A stretch of 64,000 bases of DNA from Longimicrobiales bacterium (GCA_965198065.1 CBDAON010000004.1:1152001-1216000); one strand, 5' to 3'. Shown: positions 1-9,905, counted from the first letter of the stretch. Numbers and translations are program-made. The notes: a model not told the origin generated them from the sequence alone.

Positions 1-40
1 CGGTAGAACTCGGCGCCGGCCCGGAGCGCCGCCGGCCCGC

Positions 41-1411
41 TCACCGCGGGCGCCTCTCTTCGGCCCGCTCGCCGCCAACCAGGGCCTGGACCTCCTCGGG
101 GCCCGTCGGGAGGCCGGCCGTGAGAACCTCCCGGCCCTCCTCGGTGACGAGCACATCGTCCTCCACCCGGATCCCGATTCCCCGAAACGCGCTCCCGTTG
201 TCCGACGACGCGAAGTAGAGCCCCGGCTCCACCGTGAGGACCATGCCCGGCTCCAGCTCGCGGGAGACTCCGTTCCTCGCGTAATCGCCCACGTCGTGCG
301 TGTCGAGGCCCAGCCAGTGGGAGGTCCGATGGGGAAAGTAGGGCTCCTGGGCCTTCTCCTCGATCAGCGCCTCCGCGTCGCCGTCCAGTACGCCCAGATC
401 CACGAGCCCCTCCACCAGAGCGACGAGCGACGCGCGGTGGACGTCCTCGATTGCCGCGCCAGGACGGGTCGCCTCGACCGCCCGGACCCGGGCCCGCTCG
501 ACCACCGCGTAGACGTCCGCCTGCTCGGCCGAGAAGTGCCCTGAGACCGGAACGGTCCGCGTGAGGTCGGCGGGGTACATCCGCCGCTCCGCTCCGGCGT
601 CGATCAGGAGGAGATCGCCCTCCTCCATCCGGCGGCCGTTCTCCACGTAATGGAGGGTACAGGCGTTCGGGCCGGAGGCCACGATCGTGGGAAAGGCCGG
701 GCCGGAGGCACCCCGGCGGCGGAAGCCCGCCTCGACCTCGGCTTCGATCTCCCACTCGCCCACGCCGGGGGCCACCCCGTCGATCGCCTCCCGGACGGCT
801 CCCACGGTCAGGGTGGCCGACTCTCGTATGGCCTGGACCTCGAGTGGGTCCTTTCTGAGCCGGAGCTCGTCCAGGATCTCGCCCGGATCCACCACCCCCC
901 GCGGTCCCTTCCCCTCACGCTGCCCCTTCGTGCGTGACCTGGCGAGCGCCTCGACGACGCCGCGCTCGATGGCGGCGGCGCACCCCAGCCGCGAGAAGAC
1001 GCGATCCGCGCCCTGGAGGAGCTGGGGGAGAGCCTCGCCCAAGGCCGCGAGCGGCCGCGCGTTGTCCACCTCCACGAGCGAGCGCGCTCGAGCCGGCCCG
1101 ACCCTGGGACCCGTCCAGCGCTCCGCCGCCTCGTCCCTGGAGCGGACGAAGAGGATGGTCCGCTCCTCGTCGACGAAGCCCCGGAGCACGAGGACCGCCT
1201 CGGGCTCGGTGAAGCCCGTCAGGTAGAAGAGCTCGGAGTCGGGGCGGTACCGGAGCTCGGAGTCGCCGGTCCGGTAGAGGATCGGGGCCGCGGGCAGCAC
1301 CATGGCACCCCGACCCAGCTCGGCCAGCACGCGCCGGCGCCGATCGGCGAAGAGCTCTCCCGGAAACCCCTCGAACGCCCCGCTTCTTTCCATGTCCTCC
1401 CTTCCTTCCAC
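41..1411 (-). CDS. pepP: Xaa-Pro aminopeptidase (M24B)
   Basis: AMP_N-like N-terminus (YRPDSELFYLTGFTEPE) and metal-binding motifs DAG..ADLTRT, HRTSHWLGLDTHD, TVEPG, GIRVEDD. An alternative ATG start lies at 1393. Confidence 0.92.
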   Translation of the reverse strand: MEGREDMERSGAFEGFPGELFADRRRRVLAELGRGAMVLPAAPILYRTGDSELRYRPDSELFYLTGFTEPEAVLVLRGFVDEERTILFVRSRDEAAERWTGPRVGPARARSLVEVDNARPLAALGEALPQLLQGADRVFSRLGCAAAIERGVVEALARSRTKGQREGKGPRGVVDPGEILDELRLRKDPLEVQAIRESATLTVGAVREAIDGVAPGVGEWEIEAEVEAGFRRRGASGPAFPTIVASGPNACTLHYVENGRRMEEGDLLLIDAGAERRMYPADLTRTVPVSGHFSAEQADVYAVVERARVRAVEATRPGAAIEDVHRASLVALVEGLVDLGVLDGDAEALIEEKAQEPYFPHRTSHWLGLDTHDVGDYARNGVSRELEPGMVLTVEPGLYFASSDNGSAFRGIGIRVEDDVLVTEEGREVLTAGLPTGPEEVQALVGGERAEERRPR

Positions 1412-1504
1412 GTCCTCCCTCCGCGTCAGTGGAGCGAGCCTCCGAGGCGCCGGCCTTCCGGCGTGAGCCGACCGGGGGAGCGAGCCCGCCGCGGGGCCGC
1501 CTAA

Positions 1505-2425
1505 TCACGAACAGTAGAGGGAGTCCTCCCTGAGAACGAGCGCGTTCACGACCGCGCGCTCTCCGGTCGGGTCGGACGCGCGGCTCACCGGCTCCCGCCG
1601 GATCACCATGACGGACGAGCCCCCGCCGTCGAGGTTGATCGCTTCCGAGACGCCGAGCGCCTGGAAGAGGCCGGCGAGCTCGGGCAAGGTCATACCTTCG
1701 GCGCCCTCGCGCCGACCCTCTGCGACCACGAGCCAGACCCGCCCGCGGCGGCGGTCCATGCCCACCGCGGTGCGGGGGTCCCGCACGGCCGCGAAGCCGG
1801 GACGCTCCCGCTGCTCGAGGTCGCCCACAACGCGCCCGCCTTCGAGGAGAGGGGGGAACCCGGCCACGACCTCGAGCTCCCGGTCGGGCGCCGTCGCCGA
1901 CACGCTCCAGAGCCCGATAGTCACGGCATCGTCCCGCCACTCGACGGGACCCACCCAGGGAGGCTCTCCGGGGCGCCACGCGAACACGGAACGGGAGGTC
2001 CGACTGCGGAGCTGACCCTCGGAGATCTCAAGGCCGGCGGGAAGGTTCTCGGGCGTGAAGAAGCCGCCGTTCACGGCCGCCACGACCCCGGGCTCGCTCC
2101 GCTGTGCCAGCTGGGAGACCGGCGCGAGCCCCTCGTCCTCCCCGGCCCTCACGACCCGGAAGCCGAGCTGGCATCGGGTCGCGTCCACCTCGACCAGGTG
2201 GATGGTCCAGGGGCGAGCGCCGCTCCTCACGGCGTAGTAGGTCACCCCTTCCGCCAGCGGGAAAGTCGAGACCCGGTCGGGCTGCACGTACTGGACTGCC
2301 GTCGCCGGCAGGCCCGCCGTGAGCACGGGGGGCCGGTCCGGGGGCTCGCACGCAACCGCCGCGACGAGCGGAACGAGGGCTCCGAGCGCGCGCTCGAGCC
2401 TCCGCTTCACCCTCTCTCTCTTCAT
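1505..2425 (-). CDS. Phosphodiester glycosidase (NAGPA) family lipoprotein
   Basis: VNGGFF, PRTAVG, GMTLPELA and AINLDGGGSS motifs; lipobox-like VAAVAC. Start trimmed to the ATG at 2425. Confidence 0.85.
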   Translation of the reverse strand: MKRERVKRRLERALGALVPLVAAVACEPPDRPPVLTAGLPATAVQYVQPDRVSTFPLAEGVTYYAVRSGARPWTIHLVEVDATRCQLGFRVVRAGEDEGLAPVSQLAQRSEPGVVAAVNGGFFTPENLPAGLEISEGQLRSRTSRSVFAWRPGEPPWVGPVEWRDDAVTIGLWSVSATAPDRELEVVAGFPPLLEGGRVVGDLEQRERPGFAAVRDPRTAVGMDRRRGRVWLVVAEGRREGAEGMTLPELAGLFQALGVSEAINLDGGGSSVMVIRREPVSRASDPTGERAVVNALVLREDSLYCS

Positions 2426-2553
2426 CGTCCTCCCCGTGGCGCGTGGAGACACCGGGAGGTCGCCCCCGCGGCCGGGACGGCTCGTCGCCCCCAGCCGACA
2501 GGCTGCCGGCATACCCCGATGTACCGCCTGGATCCCCGTGTTACCTTCCCGAA

Positions 2554-3120
2554 ATGCCGTCCCACCGTCCCCCCCGCAAGCCCCTACTCCTCCGGCCGAA
2601 CCTCTTGCCCACCCTGCTCGTCGTACTCGCGGCAGGGGCCGGGCCATTCGCCGGCCCCCTCCGAGCACAGGACGAGGATCCGGGCGCTGTGGGCACGCTG
2701 TCGAACGATCGGATCCGCGTCGGAGTGAGCTTCGGAGGCACCGGCTTTCTCGGGCTCATCACCGAGTATCAGCGCGGGGACTGGTCCGGAGAGCTCGTGC
2801 TCGGAACCGTGACCTTCCGGGAAGTCTCGGTCGTCCTGTCCGGGAAACGCTACTTCTCGACGGGGCGCCTCCGGCCCGCCGTCGGCGCGGGACTCTGGAG
2901 CCTCTCCGCCTGGACCGAGGACGGCAGCGGATCCGTCCTCATCCTGCGAGTGCCGGTCGCCGTGGACTGGTCGATCTCGGGTCCACACGCCATGGGTGTG
3001 GAGGTCGGGCTCAACCGGGCTCTCGCGGTGAACCGGCTGGACCCGGAGGACGACACGCCGCCCAGCTCGGCCATCGTCCCCTTCCCCGGACTCTATTACC
3101 GCCACGGCTGGAATCCGTAG
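2554..3120 (+). CDS. Hypothetical exported protein, probable small outer-membrane beta-barrel
   Basis: Signal-peptide-like N-terminus, alternating hydrophobic beta-strands and an aromatic C-terminus (YYRHGW). Confidence 0.6.
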   Translation: MPSHRPPRKPLLLRPNLLPTLLVVLAAGAGPFAGPLRAQDEDPGAVGTLSNDRIRVGVSFGGTGFLGLITEYQRGDWSGELVLGTVTFREVSVVLSGKRYFSTGRLRPAVGAGLWSLSAWTEDGSGSVLILRVPVAVDWSISGPHAMGVEVGLNRALAVNRLDPEDDTPPSSAIVPFPGLYYRHGWNP

Positions 3121-3345
3121 CGGACTGTCGCCCTGAGCGGTGAACACAGAGACGGGTGATGAGCCGCGTCCGGAAAGGCGCGACGACGAGGCAAAGAGGC
3201 GCTATTCCGAGGAGTAGCAACGCCGCCGGAGCGAGTCCAGCTCCCGTCGCATGTCATCGATTCATCGGTTGCAGTCCACTGGGGCCGGCCGCACCCCGTG
3301 GACGCTCGGGACCGGATACGTGGGATCCCGGCCGACCCTGCATTC

Positions 3346-4209
3346 CTACGGGTCTGGAGCGGCCGAGAGCTCGGCACTAGTCGGGCGCTGAGCTCGCCGC
3401 TCCCTCAGGAGGATCCGAACACCCCAGACTGAAAGGAGCAGGGCCAGTGGAAGGATCACCAGGGGCGGCTCGGCCTGGGCTTCCCCGATCCGATCCCTGC
3501 TCACGGGGGCCGATGTGACGGCGAGGATGAGCGCGTTGTTCACGCCGTGGAGCAGCATCGAGAGGGGGAGGGAGCCGGTGGCGACAACGATCCCCCCGAG
3601 GACCACCCCGAGCCACGCCGTGGGAACGAAACGGAACGCGGTCTCCGGGGAGAGGTGGAAAGCTCCGAAGAGGATCCCCGCGCCCAGGACTGCCCACATC
3701 GTGGGAAGCGCCGCCCGAAACCCCGAAAGGACGATCCCCCGGAACACGACCTCTTCCACCACCGCCGGCACGAGCGCGGCCACCAAGAGAATCCAGAGGA
3801 AGCGGCCGAGCGAGTCCGCGCGAAGCGCGGTCGCCATCGTCTCCAGGTACTCCACGGGAACCGGGACCACGAGGCTTTGGGCCCAGGCGAGGAACCAGGC
3901 AAGCTGGACCCCACCGACCAGCACGATGACGCCTCCGGCGACCTGACCGCGGGTCGGCCATCGGAGGGACAGGGTGCGCACTGGGTCGAAGCGGCCCAGC
4001 CGGATGAACAGGAGGCTCGGGAGGAGAAGGAGCAGAAGCTGAGCCAACAGGAGGGCCGTCTCCCCGAGAAGCATCTGGAGCGGGATGCCGCCGAGCGTGA
4101 AGAGCCCGGCCAGCACCAGGACGAACGCGAGCGTGGGTCCCAGCCCGGGAACCGCAGGGCGGCTCGGCGGAGGACCCCGGGGGCCGTCCGGGACAGCCGG
4201 CTCCGTCAC
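3346..4209 (-). CDS. CPBP (Abi/CAAX) family intramembrane metalloprotease
   Basis: EEVVFRG, FGAFH and HGVNN motifs with multiple TM segments; overlaps the stop of the permease gene. Confidence 0.9.
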   Translation of the reverse strand: MTEPAVPDGPRGPPPSRPAVPGLGPTLAFVLVLAGLFTLGGIPLQMLLGETALLLAQLLLLLLPSLLFIRLGRFDPVRTLSLRWPTRGQVAGGVIVLVGGVQLAWFLAWAQSLVVPVPVEYLETMATALRADSLGRFLWILLVAALVPAVVEEVVFRGIVLSGFRAALPTMWAVLGAGILFGAFHLSPETAFRFVPTAWLGVVLGGIVVATGSLPLSMLLHGVNNALILAVTSAPVSRDRIGEAQAEPPLVILPLALLLSVWGVRILLRERRAQRPTSAELSAAPDP

Positions 4210-5438
4210 TCGTACCGGAGAGCCGCGATCGGATCGAGCCGGGCCGCCCGCTGCGCAGGCCAGATCCCGAAGAAGAGACCGATCCCCGCCGAGAAGGCGA
4301 GAGCGACGACCACCGCCGTAAGCGACACGATCGAGCCGCCGCGCGCGAACGCCTCGAGCTGTGGCGCGCTCGCGACCAGATGGGCGCCCCCAGCCCCGGC
4401 CAGGACACCCAGCGCGCCGCCCAGGATGCAGAGCACGAGCGCCTCTGCCATGAACTGGAAGAGGATGTTCGTCCGGGTCGCCCCGAGCGCCTTCCGGATC
4501 CCGATCTCGCGGGTCCGCTCCGTGACACTCACGAGCATGATGTTCATGATCCCGATGCCGCCCACCAGGAGCGACACCGCGGCGATGCCCGCGAGGAGGT
4601 AGGTGAAGGTCTGGCTCGTCTCCTGGAGGGAAGTGAGCAGGTCGGTCGGATTACGGATTTCGAAGTCGGCGGCGGCCCCGGCCACCACCCTGTGCTCACG
4701 CCGGAGGATGAGGTCGATCATCGCGAACGCCTCGTCCATACCGCTCGGCCCCGCGTCCACCTTCGCGAGAATCGTACGGAGCCGGTCGCGCCCCCCGAAG
4801 AGCCGGTACGTCGCCGTGTTCAAGGGGATGTACACCGTCTCGTCGGGCCGGGAGAAGCCCATGTCTCCCTTTTCGGCCATCACCCCGATGACCTCGAACT
4901 GCTCGCCGGCGATCCGGATGGAGCGGCCCACGAGCAACGGCGCCGGCGTCCCCAGGCGCTCAGGCAACGCGTGTCCCAGGACGGCCACCCTCCGGCGACC
5001 CTGGTCCTCCGATTCCGTGAAGAAGCGGCCGAACTCGACCTCCAGGTGATACACGTCCAGGTACGACGGCCACGTTCCCATGACCTCGTGGGAGCTGTTC
5101 CAGCGCTGGTTGACGATCTGCTGCCGGTTCGCGATCTCGGGCGCGATCGTCACGATGCCCGCGAGCTCATCCTGAAGCGCGATGGCATCGCCCGTGTAGA
5201 GCCGGCTGTCCCCCTGGGCCACACCGTCCCGGCGCGCCTGGGACGGGCGGATCGTGAGCACGTCGGTCCCCATGCGCTGGATCCGCTCCTCGACCTGGCG
5301 CTGGGCACCCTCCCCGAGCGCCACCATCGTGATGACGGCGGCCACGCCGATGATGATCCCCAGACAGGTTAGGAACGAACGGAGCAGGTTCGCCCGGATG
5401 GCTGAGAGTGAGACGAGGAAGAGCTCCTTGATCAGCAT
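4206..5438 (-). CDS. MacB/FtsX-family ABC transporter permease
   Basis: RSFLTCLGIIIGVAAVI, GGIGIMNIMLVSVTERTREIGIRKALGA and PAQRAARLDPIAALRYE. Confidence 0.93.
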   Translation of the reverse strand: MLIKELFLVSLSAIRANLLRSFLTCLGIIIGVAAVITMVALGEGAQRQVEERIQRMGTDVLTIRPSQARRDGVAQGDSRLYTGDAIALQDELAGIVTIAPEIANRQQIVNQRWNSSHEVMGTWPSYLDVYHLEVEFGRFFTESEDQGRRRVAVLGHALPERLGTPAPLLVGRSIRIAGEQFEVIGVMAEKGDMGFSRPDETVYIPLNTATYRLFGGRDRLRTILAKVDAGPSGMDEAFAMIDLILRREHRVVAGAAADFEIRNPTDLLTSLQETSQTFTYLLAGIAAVSLLVGGIGIMNIMLVSVTERTREIGIRKALGATRTNILFQFMAEALVLCILGGALGVLAGAGGAHLVASAPQLEAFARGGSIVSLTAVVVALAFSAGIGLFFGIWPAQRAARLDPIAALRYE

Positions 5439-5496
5439 GGCCTCACCTGGGATCGGCGCGTTTCAGGGGCTGGGCGCGTTCGTCGGGGGCCGGAGC

Positions 5497-6984
5497 CTAG
5501 AACCGAAAATTTATGCGCCCGCCGAACCTGCTGTCCTGCTGCGATTGCTGGGAGACACCCCCGAGGAGCGCGACGGTCTCGCCCTCCTCGACGCCGGCCA
5601 TGATCTCGGAGTTGCTCCAGTCGGTCACACCCACGAGAACCGCTCTCGCGGTGAAAGCACCGCTCTGGTCCTGGACGAACACGACCCCGGGGCGCGCGTC
5701 GTCCGGTTGGGTCGATCGGCTCGTCGTGGACGCGCCACCCCCACGCCCCCCACGCCCGCCGCCGCCCCGAAGCGCGAACCCTCCGCCGCCCCCGAACTGC
5801 TGGACGAGCGCCCGCATCTGGGCTGGATCCACCTGGCCCCGCCCCGCCTGAATCTGCGCCCGGAGCTCCTCCAGGCTCGCGGGACCCTGCCCGTCACCCG
5901 CCGTCCCTGGCCGGCCCCGGCCCGAGGCGTCGCCGGGAGCACCTTGTCCCGCGGCCGGGCCGCCCGCCAGCTGGGCCCTGAGCTCCTGAAAGCCGGACTG
6001 ATCGGCGAGCAGCCGGTCGTCGGGAACGCCCAGCACCTCGGCCGCAGCCAGCATCTCGGTAAACGCCACGATCGCGTGGTTCGGGAGCGCGAGCGCGTCC
6101 GCGCGCTCCGCGATCAGGATCGTCACGTTCGCGCTCATGCCCGGCTTGAGTAGCCCGTCCGAGTTATCCAGCGTCACGATCACGGGGAAGCTCACGACTC
6201 CCTGCTGGACGGTCGCCTGGGCCTCGATCTTCTCCACCTGGCCCTGGAAGGTCCGCTCCGGAAACGCGTCCACGTAGACCGTAGCCGCCATCCCCGGCTG
6301 GAGGCGCCCCACGTCGCCCTCGTTCACCATGCTGCGGACCTGCATGAGGCTCAGGTCGGCGATCGTGAAGAGCACCGTCCCCCCCGACACGTTCCCGGAC
6401 GGAGAAGAGATGACCTGGCCCTGCTCCACGCTGCGGGTCAGCACCGTGCCCGGGAGCGGCGCCCGGATCGTCACGTCCTCGAGCCTGAGGCGCTGGAGAT
6501 CGAGGGTCGTCTGGGCGCGGATGAGCGATGCCTGCGAGTTCGCGAAGTCGAGGTTCCGGCTCTCGTGATCTTGCGCGGTGATCACGTTGGCGGCGAGCAG
6601 GTCCGCAGAGCGCTCGAGCTGCGCCCTCGAGATCTCAAGGCGCTCACGAGCCACCTGGTAATCCGCCTCGGCCTGATCGAAGGCGTTCTGCACGTCCCGC
6701 GGATCGATCTCCGCCATGAGCGCACTTTCCTCGATCCGGTCTCCCGTATCGACGAGTACGGACACGACCTCGCCCGAGGCCTTGGACATGACCTCCACGC
6801 TCCGGACCGGCGCGAGTGATCCCGCGGCCTCCGCCACGATCTCGAGGTTCATGCGAGCGACCTCGGTCGCACTGATCACATCGGTCTCGTCCGCCTCACC
6901 GGCCGCGCACCCGGCAACCGCTACGGCGAGGAGGAGCGACCAGCTCCTCCGGTGGGCTCCGCTCACGTGCTCGGATCTGTTCAT
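5497..6984 (-). CDS. Efflux periplasmic adaptor subunit (MacA/HlyD-like lipoprotein)
   Basis: Lipobox AVAGC, lipoyl/coiled-coil architecture (IRAPLPGTV, LKPGMSANV) and a Gly/Arg-rich insertion. An alternative start lies at 7017. Confidence 0.88.
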   Translation of the reverse strand: MNRSEHVSGAHRRSWSLLLAVAVAGCAAGEADETDVISATEVARMNLEIVAEAAGSLAPVRSVEVMSKASGEVVSVLVDTGDRIEESALMAEIDPRDVQNAFDQAEADYQVARERLEISRAQLERSADLLAANVITAQDHESRNLDFANSQASLIRAQTTLDLQRLRLEDVTIRAPLPGTVLTRSVEQGQVISSPSGNVSGGTVLFTIADLSLMQVRSMVNEGDVGRLQPGMAATVYVDAFPERTFQGQVEKIEAQATVQQGVVSFPVIVTLDNSDGLLKPGMSANVTILIAERADALALPNHAIVAFTEMLAAAEVLGVPDDRLLADQSGFQELRAQLAGGPAAGQGAPGDASGRGRPGTAGDGQGPASLEELRAQIQAGRGQVDPAQMRALVQQFGGGGGFALRGGGGRGGRGGGASTTSRSTQPDDARPGVVFVQDQSGAFTARAVLVGVTDWSNSEIMAGVEEGETVALLGGVSQQSQQDSRFGGRINFRF

Positions 6985-7013
6985 GGTGACCCTCTGGAAA
7001 AGTCGCTTATTCC

Positions 7014-7805
7014 TCAAAAGCCGCTCGTTCCTCGTTCCGTCGTCGCCGCACCGGCCAGGCCGGCCGCCCGCTGGTCCTGGCTCAGGAAGTCGCGCTCGAC
7101 GATCCCGTCCCTGAGATGCACCTGCCGCTTCGCGTAATCCGCGATATAGCGCTCGTGGGTCACGAGGATGATCGTCTGACCCGCATCGTTCAGCCCAGCG
7201 AAGATCCCCATCACTTCATCGCCGGTCTTCGAGTCCAGGTTTCCCGTCGGCTCGTCCGCGAGGAGGATAGCCGGATCGTTCACGAGCGCGCGCGCGATGG
7301 CCACGCGCTGCCTCTGTCCCCCCGAGAGCTCGGGTGGCTTGTGATTCATCCGGTCGCCCAGCCCCACGAGGTCGAGCTTCTCCACCGCCCGCCTCCTTCG
7401 CTCGCCCCCCTGGACTCCGGCATAGATCAGGGGAAGCTCCACGTTCTGGAGCGCGTTGGCCCGCGGGAGCAGGTTGAACGTCTGGAAGACGAACCCGATC
7501 TCCTTGTTCCGGATGCGGGCGAGACGGCGCTCCGAGAGTTGCCCCGCCTCCTGTCCGTTCAGCCAGTACTCGCCGGCCGTCGGTGTGTCGAGACAGCCGA
7601 GGAGATTCATGAGCGTGGTCTTGCCCGAGCCGGACGGCCCCATGAGGGCGACGAACTCGCCTTCGCGGATCTCCAGGTCCACGTCCCTCACGGCGCGCAC
7701 GGTCTCGACGCCCAGGACGTAGTCCTTGCCAAGACCTCGGGTCCGGATGATCGCTTCCACCGGCTCCGCGTCGGATACAAAGTGCGCGTCGGATGCTGTG
7801 CTCAT
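7014..7805 (-). CDS. ABC transporter ATP-binding protein (MacB/LolD-like)
   Basis: Walker A GPSGSGKT, signature LSGGQRQR, Walker B ILLADEPT and H-loop VTH. Confidence 0.95.
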   Translation of the reverse strand: MSTASDAHFVSDAEPVEAIIRTRGLGKDYVLGVETVRAVRDVDLEIREGEFVALMGPSGSGKTTLMNLLGCLDTPTAGEYWLNGQEAGQLSERRLARIRNKEIGFVFQTFNLLPRANALQNVELPLIYAGVQGGERRRRAVEKLDLVGLGDRMNHKPPELSGGQRQRVAIARALVNDPAILLADEPTGNLDSKTGDEVMGIFAGLNDAGQTIILVTHERYIADYAKRQVHLRDGIVERDFLSQDQRAAGLAGAATTERGTSGF

Positions 7806-7874
7806 CGATGCCGCGATTCCCGTCCACGGGGGCAGAGGGAGACGGGTAAAGCTCTCGGCCCCTCGGATCTGAGG

Positions 7875-7899
7875 GACGTCGTCGCTCGAAGAAATGTTA
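7875..7899 (-). promoter_or_regulatory. Putative ECF sigma promoter of the ABC transporter genes
   Basis: Minus strand reads TAAC-N17-CGTC, matching the general ECF AAC/CGT architecture. Confidence 0.45.
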
Positions 7900-7910
7900 A
7901 CACGAGAAGG

Positions 7911-8327
7911 TCAGCGCCGCCCCTCGGAGCTCCTGCGCTCCCGCCGGGACTCCGCGGCCGCGTCGATCGAGTCGTAGCGAATCCGCTGTTCCTCCGTGAG
8001 AATCTCCATGAGCGCGCGGTTGGCGGATTCCATCATCTGCCGGAAGGAAGGGCGGTACTCGCGCTGCAGGTCGCTCATCCGTCGCCGGTACTCGACCACG
8101 ACCGAGTCCACCCCCGCTCTCTGATCGGAAGTGAGATCCAGCCGGTCGATGATCCATCCCCTCGGCGGGGAGCTGTCCCGATCGGCCTGGGGAACCTCCT
8201 CCCCCGCGGGGGAGGCCGGCTCGCCGCGGCTGGCGACGAAGCCGACGGCCACGCCCGCCCCGAACATCCCCGCGAACACCGACGCCGCCCCGAACCGCAC
8301 TCTCCGATCGTGCGTCAGGATCATCAT
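7911..8327 (-). CDS. Spy/CpxP-like periplasmic helical protein
   Basis: N-terminal TM segment, two LTxxQ motifs (LDLTSDQ, ILTEEQ) and location in an ECF/anti-sigma operon. Confidence 0.7.
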   Translation of the reverse strand: MMILTHDRRVRFGAASVFAGMFGAGVAVGFVASRGEPASPAGEEVPQADRDSSPPRGWIIDRLDLTSDQRAGVDSVVVEYRRRMSDLQREYRPSFRQMMESANRALMEILTEEQRIRYDSIDAAAESRRERRSSEGRR

Positions 8328-8722
8328 CTTCCCACCCTGAACACCCGCTGCCCCTCGACCGCGAAGAGCACGTCGTCACGGTCCACGACCTGATCCGAGT
8401 GCAGGAACTCAGGCAGGGGTGCCTCTCCGTCCGACGGAACCGAGAGCACCTCCTCCAGCCCGACGACGGACAGGAGCTCCTCTTCCGAATCGCGTTGGAC
8501 AAAGAGGAGGGCCGCGAAAGCAGCTGCGGCCACGGCCATCGGAACGACCAGCCTTCCCCAGGACAGGACCACGTCCCCGAGCGTGAGAACGGCGCGGCGT
8601 CGGGCGGCCAGCTCCGAGGCCACCGCGTTCAGGACCCGCTCCCGAAAGCGAAGCCAGTAGCCGGGATCACGACGGCCGGGATCCAGCTCGGCGAGCAATA
8701 GCTCGGGGTCGATCCGATTCAT
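8324..8722 (-). CDS. Putative membrane anti-sigma factor
   Basis: Overlaps the sigma gene stop (ATGA); has a DPGYWLRFRERV segment and a single TM. Confidence 0.65.
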   Translation of the reverse strand: MNRIDPELLLAELDPGRRDPGYWLRFRERVLNAVASELAARRRAVLTLGDVVLSWGRLVVPMAVAAAAFAALLFVQRDSEEELLSVVGLEEVLSVPSDGEAPLPEFLHSDQVVDRDDVLFAVEGQRVFRVGR

Positions 8723-9294
8723 CCCTGTCGCTCCTCCGCCTCGGGATCCCTGAGCCCGCTCAGGCATTCCCTGAGCCGCTGCCGCGCGAAGTGCAGGTGG
8801 GACCTCACCGTCCCGGCCGGCATGTCCAGCTTTCGCGCGATCTCCCGGTGCTTCCACCCCTCCAGGTCGTGCAGAATGACAACCGCACGCTGCGCGTCCG
8901 TAAGCTCCGTAAGGGCCCGGATCAGCTCGGCTTCGAGCTCCCTTCGCTCGGTGACCCGGTCGGGCCCCGGTGCCGGCGACTTGAGGTCGAAGGGGAGCGC
9001 CTCCCCTTGCCTGAGCGCTTCTCGCCGCACGAGGTTTCGCGCTCGATTCCTGACAATCGCGAGAAACCAGCCGGCGAACTTCTCCGGGTTCCTACACTCG
9101 TCGATTCGCTCGAGCGCGACGACGAACGCCTCCTGTGCGGCGTCCTCCGCATCCTCGTGTCTTCGAGTGACCGACAGCGCGAGCCCGTACGCGGCTCTAG
9201 CGTACCGCGACACGAGCTCTCCATATGCCTCTCCTTCTCCGAGCCCGGCCCGAGCGACCAGCTCCGCATCGCTGAGCTCGGAGTGTGCTCCCAT
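8719..9294 (-). CDS. ECF RNA polymerase sigma-70 factor
   Basis: Region 2 (DAEDAAQEAF, FAGWFLAIVRN) and region 4 HTH (EIARKLDMPAGTVRSHLHFAR). Confidence 0.93.
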   Translation of the reverse strand: MGAHSELSDAELVARAGLGEGEAYGELVSRYARAAYGLALSVTRRHEDAEDAAQEAFVVALERIDECRNPEKFAGWFLAIVRNRARNLVRREALRQGEALPFDLKSPAPGPDRVTERRELEAELIRALTELTDAQRAVVILHDLEGWKHREIARKLDMPAGTVRSHLHFARQRLRECLSGLRDPEAEERQG

Positions 9295-9300
9295 GAGAAC

Positions 9301-9325
9301 GACACCGGGAAGTGAGTACCTGTTG
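9301..9325 (-). promoter_or_regulatory. Putative autoregulatory ECF promoter
   Basis: Minus strand reads CAAC-N17-TGTC just before the sigma ATG, in the same register as the site at 7875-7899. Confidence 0.4.
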
Positions 9326-9493
9326 AAGGCGACCCGGGGCGCGCGCCGACCCTTCTTCCCACGGGGCGCTCTCCGCACGGGAGCCAGCGGAAAGAAATTG
9401 GCACTCCGGGGGACGGAGCGCCGCACCCATTTACGAGAAGAGGGGCAGAAAGGTTCCTGCCCCGCGTAAGGACTTTCGTAAGGAACTTGTAGC

Positions 9494-9709
9494 CTACGAG
9501 GCCTGCTTCCAGCGCCCGAACGGAAGGGTGGGCGAGGCGGGCAGCTCCTCCCCGTACACAAACGCGACGACGCGGGGGTGTTGCCGATCCGTGCGGGTCC
9601 CGAGCCCGCCGTCGGTGACGACGATGCCGGGGGCATCGGTTGCCCGTGCCTCTGCGGTCTGAGGATCCGGGGTGTAGAGGTTGGGGATGTCCATGGTCCG
9701 TGTCTTCAT
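9494..9709 (-). CDS. Small hypothetical protein (71 aa)
   Basis: ATG preceded by GGGAG, with a sigma54-type promoter about 60 bp upstream. Confidence 0.6.
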   Translation of the reverse strand: MKTRTMDIPNLYTPDPQTAEARATDAPGIVVTDGGLGTRTDRQHPRVVAFVYGEELPASPTLPFGRWKQAS

Positions 9710-9771
9710 CAGTCTCCCGATGGGGTCATGGTCCGGCCTTCCCGTCGTTCGTCGCGCTTCGGGCTTGCGAG

Positions 9772-9787
9772 GCATCAAGCGTGCCAG
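9772..9787 (-). promoter_or_regulatory. Sigma54 (-24/-12) promoter
   Basis: Minus strand reads CTGGCACGCTTGATGC, which is TGGCAC-N5-(A)TGC with exact GG-N10-GC spacing. Confidence 0.7.
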
Positions 9788-9861
9788 CCAGGAGCCGTAG
9801 CGGAAAGCGTTGCGGCGAGCGGGGTTCCGCAAATCAGGAGCGGGGCACAGCATCCACGGCG

Positions 9862-9905
9862 TATCGGTTTGACGACAGCATCCGTGTCGTAACGACACGG
9901 ATGCT
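9862..9905. promoter_or_regulatory. Perfect palindrome / candidate enhancer (UAS) for a sigma54 activator
   Basis: AGCATCCGTGTCGT-A-ACGACACGGATGCT (14-bp arms, 9877-9905) plus an adjacent TATCG-N6-CGACA, 75-120 bp upstream of the -24 element. Confidence 0.55.

Noticed and set aside
3121..3345. Possible hammerhead ribozyme or PIN-toxin remnant (TGATGAG..GGAAA; VIDSSVAVHW)
   Set aside because: The CUGA core and correctly placed GAAA are absent. The peptide similarity is only about 10 residues and has no start codon.
9465..9488. CGTAAGGACTTT/CGTAAGGAACTT tandem containing GGAACTT as an ECF -35 element
   Set aside because: It points away from the sigma gene, with no matching -10 or downstream sense gene, so it is too weak to call.
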